Positions 1 to 13,069 of a stretch of 64,000 bases of DNA are shown here, piece after piece (the stretch's first letter is position 1; every line of letters begins with the position of its first letter). The stretch is from Eledone cirrhosa (lineage: Eukaryota). The stretch lies in contig OZ024742.1 in the NCBI GenBank assembly GCA_964016885.1, positions 200,074,001-200,138,000 of the forward strand, in the 5' to 3' direction. A program made the position numbers and the translations under genes. The notes below the pieces were generated by a model. That model did no database searches and was not told where the DNA came from. It worked only from the letters and a program-made list of their open reading frames with translations.

Positions 1-901
1 AACAATATATTGTTGCGATATACAGTTTAAAATTTTTTCGAAACATTTACTTTCGTGACGTATCGTGTAGTGGGTGGAGCTAATAATTGAATGTCGATGA
101 TGATAATTTAGGACACTAAAACCAAGTATCGCCAAGGGTTTTATTTCTTTTGATGGAAAACAGTGACTGTACTGCAGAATCGATTTCATAAAATGGTACT
201 GTATGATCGGTAAATGTAGAAGGATGATGAAATTGTAAATAAGACAAAAGTATTAGAACAGGGGGAAATAACTCACCGAACACGATCGTTTTGGCTCCCA
301 GGGGCCACATTTTTCAAGTTAGAGATTTGAACCTCGTCTATTTGCTTCCTTGGCACTTTTTACATAGGTGTGTAAATTTTCATGTCAGTCCGACCACGTC
401 TACTACCATTTAACCGTGCACATTTGAATTTCAACCACCGCCCATTTCACAAATATATATTAGATATATATATTAAAATAACAGATTAAAGTTTAAGCAA
501 AGAATCGTTGCTTTCACCCTTAATGGGATCTTCTGAAACTAAAAAAATCAATCTGTGAACGCAAAAGTAAATATTTCGAAAAACGTTGCAACCGAAGGAA
601 GACGATACTCTGGTTCGTGAAGACGTTCCCTGGCAATGAACGAAAAATAGCGAACATAATACGCCATCAATGTTCGTCAGAATGTCGTAATGCAGACAGC
701 CAGGCATACAGACAGATATTATAAGAGGGCGACGGAGATGGGTCCTTTAACGCCTTTAACGCCTAACACCCCTTTAACAACAGAAAATTGAAAAATAAAA
801 GCTGCAGTTAATATCTTTGGACCGCAAGGAATATATAAATGCAAATTTGAAGTCAATCGGAGTAGAAATGTGGATTTGTATAGACTTTGCAAAAAATGAG
901 G

Positions 902-933
<32 letters not shown>

Positions 934-1000
934 AACATCAGTTATATATATATATAGATATATATTTCACTGGTACCAACATTTTATAAAACAAATTTTG

Positions 1001-1060
1001 TATTTTATCTGATGAGGGCGTAAAAAATGTTGGTACCCTTGAAATATATGTAATAAAATA
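1001..1060 (+). ncRNA. Type I hammerhead ribozyme motif in a short foldback (PLE-like terminus)
   Basis: Stem I TATTTTAT/ATAAAATA, core CTGATGA (1009-1015), stem II GGG..CCC, GAAA (1041-1044), T-ATAT-G, cleavage triplet GTA. 959-985 is an inverted copy of 1023-1049. Confidence 0.65.
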
Positions 1061-1164
1061 AATATGCTTTTATAACTATAGTTTCCATTTATTAATATCA
1101 TTGATATTATACTCTGTTATAAATAAATTTGTTGAATAACCAACAAATTAAATATCTCTTTGCT

Positions 1165-1268
<104 letters not shown>

Positions 1269-1583
1269 AGTTGACAAAAAATGAAAACGAAATTTCATTT
1301 CTCACTCTTAGTATGGCACTTACTTAAATGTAAGTATGTATGTATACGTACATACATATATGTATACAGACGTACAGTAGCATGCATGTGTATATATATA
1401 TATATATATATACATACATATACATATATACATACAGGTACACATACATATATGCAAGCATCAGTTTAGCGGACGCTTATTATAACGCCGCTTTTTTCGT
1501 TTGTCAACAAACTGAACAGCCTGAAATTATGCCATACGGTGTTAAGGCAACCACGTCATCTTTTTGTTCAACACTGACACAGG

Positions 1584-3197
<1,614 letters not shown>

Positions 3198-3428
3198 TAC
3201 CCATCTGCCAGATAGTTGAACGTTCGAAAGTATATACTTTCCTTATGAAAATTAACGGCTGAGCAGCCTAATTTGCATATTGAGTGAGTTAAATCGGTCA
3301 GGCACACCGAAAAAGATAAGTTGAAAAAAATGAAAACGAAATTTCATTTCTCACTCTTAGTATGGCACTTACTTAAATGTAAGTATGTATGTATACGTAC
3401 ATACATATATGTATACAGACGTACAGTA

Positions 3429-3519
<91 letters not shown>

Positions 3520-3670
3520 CATATACATATATACATACAGGTACACATACATATATGCACGCATCAGTTTAGCGGACGCTTATTATAGCGCCGCTTTGTT
3601 CGTTTGTCAACAAACTGAACAGCCTGAATTTATCGTTTTCGGTATGCCTGACCGATTTAACTCACTCAAT

Positions 3671-3678
3671 ATGCAAAT
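3671..3678 (+). promoter_or_regulatory. Octamer motif ATGCAAAT, present in every complete array unit ~80 nt upstream of the hammerhead
   Basis: Exact match to the POU/Oct octamer. Function is inferred only. Confidence 0.4.
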
Positions 3679-3751
3679 TAGGCTGCTCAGCCGTTAATTT
3701 TCATAAGGAAGGTATATACTTTCGAACGTTCAACTATCTGGCAGCTGGGTA

Positions 3752-3796
3752 AACGGTGCTGATGATAGCTAACAAGCTTGAAACTAGTACATCGTT
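3752..3796 (+). ncRNA. Minimal type I hammerhead ribozyme (reference copy of the array unit)
   Basis: AACGGTG-CTGATGA-tAGCTaacaAGCTt-GAAAC-TA-GTA-CATCGTT: 7 bp stem I (one G-U), intact CUGAUGA and GAAA cores, 4 bp stem II with a U/U first position, palindromic ACTAGT stem III. Predicted cleavage after 3789. Confidence 0.88.
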
Positions 3797-3963
3797 CCTG
3801 TGTCAGTGTTGAACAAAAAGGTGACGTGGTTGCCTTAACACCGTATGGCATAAATTCAGGCTGTTCAGTTTGTTGACAAACGAACAAAGCGGCGTTATAA
3901 TAAGCGTCCGCTAAACTGATGCGTGCATATATGTATGTGTACCTGTATGTATATATGTATATG

Positions 3964-4070
<107 letters not shown>

Positions 4071-4302
4071 TACTGTACGTCTGTATACATATATGTATGT
4101 ACGTATACATACATACTTACATTTAAGTAAGTGCCATACTAAGAGTGAGAAATGAAATTTCGTTTTCATTTTGTTTCAATTTATCGTTTTCGGTATGCCT
4201 GACCGATTTAACTCACTCAATATGCAAATTAGGCTGCTCAGCCGTTAATTTTCATAAGGAAAGTATATACTTTCGAACGTTCAACTATCTGGCAGATGGG
4301 TA

Positions 4303-7300
4303 AACGGTGCTGATGATAGCTAACAAGCTTGAAACTAGTACATCGTTCCTGTGTCAGTGTTGAACAAAAAGGTGACGTGGTTGCCTTAACACCGTATGGC
4401 ATAAATTCAGGCTGTTCAGTTTGTTTACAAACGAACAAAGCGACGTTAGCGCCGCTAAACTGATACGTGCATATATGTATGTGTACCTGTATGCATATGT
4501 ATGTATATATGTATATATATATATATATATGTGCATGCTACTGTACGTCTGTATACATATATGTATGTACGTATACATGCATACTTACATTTAAGTAAGT
4601 GCCATACTAAGAGTGAGAAATGAAATTTCGTTTTCATTTTGTTTCAATTTATCGTTTTCGGTATGCCTGACCGATTTAACTCACTCAATATGCAAATTAG
4701 GCTGCTCAGCCGTTAATTTTCATAAGGAAAGTATATACTTTCGAACGTTCAACTATCTGGCAGATGGGTAAACGGTGCTGATGATAGCTAACAAGCTTGA
4801 AACTAGTACATCGTTCCTGTGTCAGTGTTGAACAAAAAGGTGACGTGGTTGCCTTAACACCGTATGGCATAAATTCAGGCTGTTCAGTTTGTTTACAAGC
4901 GAACAAAGCGACGTTAGCGCCGCTAAACTGATACGTGCATATATGTATGTGTACCTGTATGCATGTGTATGTATATATGTATATGTATATATATATATGT
5001 GCATGCTACTGTACGTCTGTATACATATATGTATGTACGTATACATGCATACTTACATTTAAGTAAGTGCCATACTAAGAGTGAGAAATGAAATTTCGTT
5101 TTCATTTTGTTTCAATTTATCGTTTTCGGTATGCCTGACCGATTTAACTCACTCAATATGCAAATTAGGCTGCTCAGCCGTTAATTTTCATAAGGAAAGT
5201 ATATACTTTCGAACGTTCAACTATCTGGCAGATGGGTAAACGGTGCTGATGATAGCTAACAAGCTTGAAACTAGTACATCGTTCCTGTGTCAGTGTTGAA
5301 CAAAAAGGTGACGTGGTTGCCTTAACACCGTATGGCATAAATTCAGGCTGTTCAGTTTGTTTACAAACGAACAAAGCGACGTTAGCGCCGCTAAACTGAT
5401 ACGTGCATATATGTATGTGTACCTGTATGCATATGTATGTATATATGTATATATATATATATATATGTGCATGCTACTGTACGTCTGTATACATATATGT
5501 ATGTACGTATACATGCATACTTACATTTAAGTAAGTGCCATACTAAGAGTGAGAAATGAAATTTCGTTTTCATTTTGTTTCAATTTATCGTTTTCGGTAT
5601 GCCTGACCGATTTAACTCACTCAATATGCAAATTAGGCTGCTCAGCCGTTAATTTTCATAAGGAAAGTATATACTTTCGAACGTTCAACTATCTGGCAGA
5701 TGGGTAAACGGTGCTGATGATAGCTAACAAGCTTGAAACTAGTACATCGTTCCTGTGTCAGTGTTGAACAAAAAGGTGACGTGGTTGCCTTAACACCGTA
5801 TGGCATAAATTCAGGCTGTTCAGTTTGTTTACAAGCGAACAAAGCGACGTTAGCGCCGCTAAACTGATACGTGCATATATGTATGTGTACCTGTATGCAT
5901 GTGTATGTATATATGTATATGTATATATATATATATGTGCATGCTACTGTACGTCTGTATACATATATGTATGTACGTATACATGCATACTTACATTTAA
6001 GTAAGTGCCATACTAAGAGTGAGAAATGAAATTTCGTTTTCATTTTGTTTCAATTTATCGTTTTCGGTATGCCTGACCGATTTAACTCACTCAATATGCA
6101 AATTAGGCTGCTCAGCCGTTAATTTTCATAAGGAAAGTATATACTTTCGAACGTTCAACTATCTGGCAGATGGGTAAACGGTGCTGATGATAGCTAACAA
6201 GCTTGAAACTAGTACATCGTTCCTGTGTCAGTGTTGAACAAAAAGGTGACGTGGTTGCCTTAACACCGTATGGCATAAATTCAGGCTGTTCAGTTTGTTT
6301 ACAAACGAACAAAGCGACGTTAGCGCCGCTAAACTGATACGTGCATATATGTATGTGTACCTGTATGCATATGTATGTATATATGTATATATATATATAT
6401 ATATGTGCATGCTACTGTACGTCTGTATACATATATGTATGTACGTATACATGCATACTTACATTTAAGTAAGTGCCATACTAAGAGTGAGAAATGAAAT
6501 TTCGTTTTCATTTTGTTTCAATTTATCGTTTTCGGTATGCCTGACCGATTTAACTCACTCAATATGCAAATTAGGCTGCTCAGCCGTTAATTTTCATAAG
6601 GAAAGTATATACTTTCGAACGTTCAACTATCTGGCAGATGGGTAAACGGTGCTGATGATAGCTAACAAGCTTGAAACTAGTACATCGTTCCTGTGTCAGT
6701 GTTGAACAAAAAGGTGACGTGGTTGCCTTAACACCGTATGGCATAAATTCAGGCTGTTCAGTTTGTTTACAAGCGAACAAAGCGACGTTAGCGCCGCTAA
6801 ACTGATACGTGCATATATGTATGTGTACCTGTATGCATGTGTATGTATATATGTATATGTATATATATATATGTGCATGCTACTGTACGTCTGTATACAT
6901 ATATGTATGTACGTATACATGCATACTTACATTTAAGTAAGTGCCATACTAAGAGTGAGAAATGAAATTTCGTTTTCATTTTGTTTCAATTTATCGTTTT
7001 CGGTATGCCTGACCGATTTAACTCACTCAATATGCAAATTAGGCTGCTCAGCCGTTAATTTTCATAAGGAAAGTATATACTTTCGAACGTTCAACTATCT
7101 GGCAGATGGGTAAACGGTGCTGATGATAGCTAACAAGCTTGAAACTAGTACATCGTTCCTGTGTCAGTGTTGAACAAAAAGGTGACGTGGTTGCCTTAAC
7201 ACCGTATGGCATAAATTCAGGCTGTTCAGTTTGTTTACAAACGAACAAAGCGACGTTAGCGCCGCTAAACTGATACGTGCATATATGTATGTGTACCTGT

Positions 7301-10300
7301 ATGCATATGTATGTATATATGTATATATATATATATATATGTGCATGCTACTGTACGTCTGTATACATATATGTATGTACGTATACATGCATACTTACAT
7401 TTAAGTAAGTGCCATACTAAGAGTGAGAAATGAAATTTCGTTTTCATTTTGTTTCAATTTATCGTTTTCGGTATGCCTGACCGATTTAACTCACTCAATA
7501 TGCAAATTAGGCTGCTCAGCCGTTAATTTTCATAAGGAAAGTATATACTTTCGAACGTTCAACTATCTGGCAGATGGGTAAACGGTGCTGATGATAGCTA
7601 ACAAGCTTGAAACTAGTACATCGTTCCTGTGTCAGTGTTGAACAAAAAGGTGACGTGGTTGCCTTAACACCGTATGGCATAAATTCAGGCTGTTCAGTTT
7701 GTTTACAAGCGAACAAAGCGACGTTAGCGCCGCTAAACTGATACGTGCATATATGTATGTGTACCTGTATGCATGTGTATGTATATATGTATATGTATAT
7801 ATATATATGTGCATGCTACTGTACGTCTGTATACATATATGTATGTACGTATACATGCATACTTACATTTAAGTAAGTGCCATACTAAGAGTGAGAAATG
7901 AAATTTCGTTTTCATTTTGTTTCAATTTATCGTTTTCGGTATGCCTGACCGATTTAACTCACTCAATATGCAAATTAGGCTGCTCAGCCGTTAATTTTCA
8001 TAAGGAAAGTATATACTTTCGAACGTTCAACTATCTGGCAGATGGGTAAACGGTGCTGATGATAGCTAACAAGCTTGAAACTAGTACATCGTTCCTGTGT
8101 CAGTGTTGAACAAAAAGGTGACGTGGTTGCCTTAACACCGTATGGCATAAATTCAGGCTGTTCAGTTTGTTTACAAACGAACAAAGCGACGTTAGCGCCG
8201 CTAAACTGATACGTGCATATATGTATGTGTACCTGTATGCATATGTATGTATATATGTATATATATATATATATATGTGCATGCTACTGTACGTCTGTAT
8301 ACATATATGTATGTACGTATACATGCATACTTACATTTAAGTAAGTGCCATACTAAGAGTGAGAAATGAAATTTCGTTTTCATTTTGTTTCAATTTATCG
8401 TTTTCGGTATGCCTGACCGATTTAACTCACTCAATATGCAAATTAGGCTGCTCAGCCGTTAATTTTCATAAGGAAAGTATATACTTTCGAACGTTCAACT
8501 ATCTGGCAGATGGGTAAACGGTGCTGATGATAGCTAACAAGCTTGAAACTAGTACATCGTTCCTGTGTCAGTGTTGAACAAAAAGGTGACGTGGTTGCCT
8601 TAACACCGTATGGCATAAATTCAGGCTGTTCAGTTTGTTTACAAGCGAACAAAGCGACGTTAGCGCCGCTAAACTGATACGTGCATATATGTATGTGTAC
8701 CTGTATGCATGTGTATGTATATATGTATATGTATATATATATATGTGCATGCTACTGTACGTCTGTATACATATATGTATGTACGTATACATGCATACTT
8801 ACATTTAAGTAAGTGCCATACTAAGAGTGAGAAATGAAATTTCGTTTTCATTTTGTTTCAATTTATCGTTTTCGGTATGCCTGACCGATTTAACTCACTC
8901 AATATGCAAATTAGGCTGCTCAGCCGTTAATTTTCATAAGGAAAGTATATACTTTCGAACGTTCAACTATCTGGCAGATGGGTAAACGGTGCTGATGATA
9001 GCTAACAAGCTTGAAACTAGTACATCGTTCCTGTGTCAGTGTTGAACAAAAAGGTGACGTGGTTGCCTTAACACCGTATGGCATAAATTCAGGCTGTTCA
9101 GTTTGTTTACAAACGAACAAAGCGACGTTAGCGCCGCTAAACTGATACGTGCATATATGTATGTGTACCTGTATGCATATGTATGTATATATGTATATAT
9201 ATATATATATATGTGCATGCTACTGTACGTCTGTATACATATATGTATGTACGTATACATGCATACTTACATTTAAGTAAGTGCCATACTAAGAGTGAGA
9301 AATGAAATTTCGTTTTCATTTTGTTTCAATTTATCGTTTTCGGTATGCCTGACCGATTTAACTCACTCAATATGCAAATTAGGCTGCTCAGCCGTTAATT
9401 TTCATAAGGAAAGTATATACTTTCGAACGTTCAACTATCTGGCAGATGGGTAAACGGTGCTGATGATAGCTAACAAGCTTGAAACTAGTACATCGTTCCT
9501 GTGTCAGTGTTGAACAAAAAGGTGACGTGGTTGCCTTAACACCGTATGGCATAAATTCAGGCTGTTCAGTTTGTTTACAAGCGAACAAAGCGACGTTAGC
9601 GCCGCTAAACTGATACGTGCATATATGTATGTGTACCTGTATGCATGTGTATGTATATATGTATATGTATATATATATATGTGCATGCTACTGTACGTCT
9701 GTATACATATATGTATGTACGTATACATGCATATTTACATTTAAGTAAGTGCCATACTAAGAGTGAGAAATGAAATTTCGTTTTCATTTTGTTTCAATTT
9801 ATCGTTTTCGGTATGCCTGACCGATTTAACTCACTCAATATGCAAATTAGGCTGCTCAGCCGTTAATTTTCATAAGGAAAGTATATACTTTCGAACGTTC
9901 AACTATCTGGCAGATGGGTAAACGGTGCTGATGATAGCTAACAAGCTTGAAACTAGTACATCGTTCCTGTGTCAGTGTTGAACAAAAAGGTGACGTGGTT
10001 GCCTTAACACCGTATGGCATAAATTCAGGCTGTTCAGTTTGTTTACAAACGAACAAAGCGACGTTAGCGCCGCTAAACTGATACGTGCATATATGTATGT
10101 GTACCTGTATGCATATGTATGTATATATGTATATATATATATATATATGTGCATGCTACTGTACGTCTGTATACATATATGTATGTACGTATACATGCAT
10201 ACTTACATTTAAGTAAGTGCCATACTAAGAGTGAGAAATGAAATTTCGTTTTCATTTTGTTTCAATTTATCGTTTTCGGTATGCCTGACCGATTTAACTC

Positions 10301-10433
10301 ACTCAATATGCAAATTAGGCTGCTCAGCCGTTAATTTTCATAAGGAAAGTATATACTTTCGAACGTTCAACTATCTGGCAGATGGGTAAACGGTGCTGAT
10401 GATAGCTAACAAGCTTGAAACTAGTACATCGTT
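4303..10433 (+). ncRNA. Fourteen further hammerhead motifs, one per unit (starts 4303, 4771, 5239, 5707, 6177, 6645, 7113, 7581, 8049, 8517, 8985, 9453, 9921, 10389)
   Basis: The same 45 nt motif recurs at 468 bp spacing (one 470 bp interval). Confidence 0.88.
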
Positions 10434-10741
10434 CCTGTGTCAGTGTTGAACAAAAAGGTGACGTGGTTGCCTTAACACCGTATGGCATAAATTCAGGCTG
10501 TTCAGTTTGTTTACAAGCGAACAAAGCGACGTTAGCGCCGCTAAACTGATACGTGCATATATGTATGTGTACCTGTATGCATGTGTATGTATATATGTAT
10601 ATGTATATATATATATGTGCATGCTACTGTACGTCTGTATACATATATGTATGTACGTATACATGCATACTTACATTTAAGTAAGTGCCATACTAAGAGT
10701 GAGAAATGAAATTTCGTTTTCATTTTGTTTCAATTTATATA

Positions 10742-10837
<96 letters not shown>

Positions 10838-10962
10838 CTCCTCAAATGATATTGGGAGCACTGTCCGACAACACTCCTCCCAGCAATCTGGAATATATAT
10901 TTGTATAGTATGTCTATTCTTACATCCACTCAGCTTATATACTACCAATAAAAATTCTAACA

Positions 10963-11092
10963 TCATTGTTTCTGAAGAAGACGGTATGATCGAACCTATA
11001 TAATATGTCTAATAGTATACAGTTCTCTAACTACTATAGATCAGTCAATATATCAATATGATCAACCCTCTGAAACGATCGTAAAACAATGA
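10963..11092 (+). ncRNA. Type I hammerhead ribozyme motif with long loop II
   Basis: Stem I TCATTGTTT/AAACAATGA, CTGAAGA (10972-10978), GAAAC-GATC-GTA with palindromic ACGATCGT stem III. Confidence 0.8.
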
Positions 11093-11193
11093 AATGAATA
11101 TGTAAAATAACTTGTTTTTGTTATTATTATAATTGTCAAACTAATATCTAATATATATATATATATGAACTTACCTGTATGTATATGTGTATG

Positions 11194-11301
<108 letters not shown>

Positions 11302-11320
11302 AAAGTAATATATAAGGGAA

Positions 11321-11456
11321 CAAATAATCAGTGTTGCATCATATACGTATTGAATTACATATGTCGATCAGCTCGAGGAACGATCGATTAATGATCGTTC
11401 TCGATACATATGTAATATGTAATAAGATATGTATATGATGTAACACTGATTCTTTG
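11321..11456. repeat. Imperfect foldback (hairpin) element
   Basis: CAAATAATCAGTGTTGCATCATATAC pairs with GTATATGATGTAACACTGATTCTTTG. Inner arms ATTACATATGT/ACATATGTAAT and GAACGATC/GATCGTTC. Confidence 0.75.
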
Positions 11457-11476
11457 AAAGGTAAAGTCAACCCGCC

Positions 11477-11577
11477 GAGGTTAACTTTGCCTTTCATCCT
11501 TACGGGGTCGATGAAATAAAGTACCAGTAACGCACTGGGTAATTGCTGGCCTTGTGCCTAAAGTAGAAACAATTATT
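11477..11577 (+). mobile_element. 5'-truncated SINE copy
   Basis: Matches the body and tail of the SINE at 16681-16936 (TTTGCCTTTCATCCTTACGGGGTC...CCTTGTGCCTAAAGTAGAAACAATTATT). Confidence 0.75.
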
Positions 11578-11652
11578 TATACTCTGTCCCCAAAAGCATC
11601 GAGTGATCATTCGGCATACTACCTACGGAAGCGATTAATTTGCACCTTCAAT

Positions 11653-11737
<85 letters not shown>

Positions 11738-11778
11738 TAAAATACATATATATGTGTATTTTATATATGTATAAAATA

Positions 11779-11839
<61 letters not shown>

Positions 11840-11850
11840 TATACATATAT

Positions 11851-11968
<118 letters not shown>

Positions 11969-12069
11969 TATATATTTATATATATATATATATAAAAGAT
12001 GATGAGGGTTTTTTTTTATAAAAAAAAGAGATGTCCTACACGAGGGAAAGTATAAAGAAACGAAATCGA

Positions 12070-12365
12070 AAATGCAATAGAATTCTGGCTAGAAAAATAC
12101 CCCAATGAGATCCCAGAAAGAATAGAAAAAAACTTCATCACTGGGGGATTAATATTCATTTTTCAAAACAACTTTTTTGATTTCGATGGCAGCACTTACA
12201 AACAAATATCGAGGACTGAGATGGATACAAAAGTCACTACAACTTACACCAACGTACTCATGGCATACTTAGAAGTCCAGATATATGAACATTCCAAATT
12301 AAAATACGGATTGAACTTCCACAAATATTTGTCAGAGAATTGGAAACGCTACTTGGATAACTGTA
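12070..12365 (+). pseudogene. Decayed Penelope-like RT fragment
   Basis: Manual translation QNNFFDFDGSTYKQISRTEMDTKVTTTYTNVLMAYLE...WKRYLDNC matches PLE RT motifs (Q..GxxMG, RYxDD) with degenerate catalytic residues. Confidence 0.75.
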
Positions 12366-12763
12366 CATCAACCAACAAAATTACTTTTTAAAAAACCCAG
12401 CAATTCGAGCCACTCGTTCCACATAAAGCATAAAGAACTTTCGAACACGAATCAGATGCGAGACAAACCACAAACCCTCCTTCTCAATTATACTTTTGAA
12501 AAGCATATAAATTTCCAGGGGTACTTAGTACCCGTGGGCATATTAACTTCTTTTAATATACTCCGTTATGTAGAGAACAAATCTGTTGTTCTATTTAGCT
12601 GCTATTTTTAGTAGTGTAGTAGACAACACGTCTATGTTTACTTCCGCTCTTGCTACGGACTGGTTCATGTACAGGTCAAATTTCGGCCTCACTCGATCTT
12701 GTGCTTGCTAGCAGATGGCAATATATTTAACTTTCCTGGGACTTTAGCCCTAGGAAAGGAAAA

Positions 12764-12846
12764 TGCTCTCTGATGAACTTTACTTTTCCATTGGAAATCC
12801 CATGGATTTCCAATGTTTTGTGAAGGGAAACCTATCGGTAAGAGCA
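12764..12846 (+). ncRNA. Type I hammerhead ribozyme between ~45 bp direct repeats (12511 and ~12995)
   Basis: Stem I TGCTCT/AGAGCA, CTGATGA, extended stem II (CTTTAC/GTGAAG, ATTGGAAATCC/GGATTTCCAAT), GAAACC-TATC-GGTA. Confidence 0.85.
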
Positions 12847-13069
12847 ACTTGAGTAAGTAAATATTTAAATTATATTTTTTTATTTATTTTAAAAAATTGT
12901 TTGATTTTTGCTTGTTCTGCTTATCTCAATATTATAGTTCTGGTATGTCAAATTAATACCATTGAACAACCCTGTATCATAGACAACCTATATATTTCCA
13001 GGGTACTTAGTACCCGTGGGCATATTAACTTCTTTTATATTTACATATATATATATATATATATAGAAA

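Noticed and set aside
260-960. Possible Helitron/Helentron-derived fragments (CGTAATGCAGACAG..CATACAGACAGATATTATAAG shared with ~51715-51755)
   Set aside because: Short similarity only; termini could not be defined.
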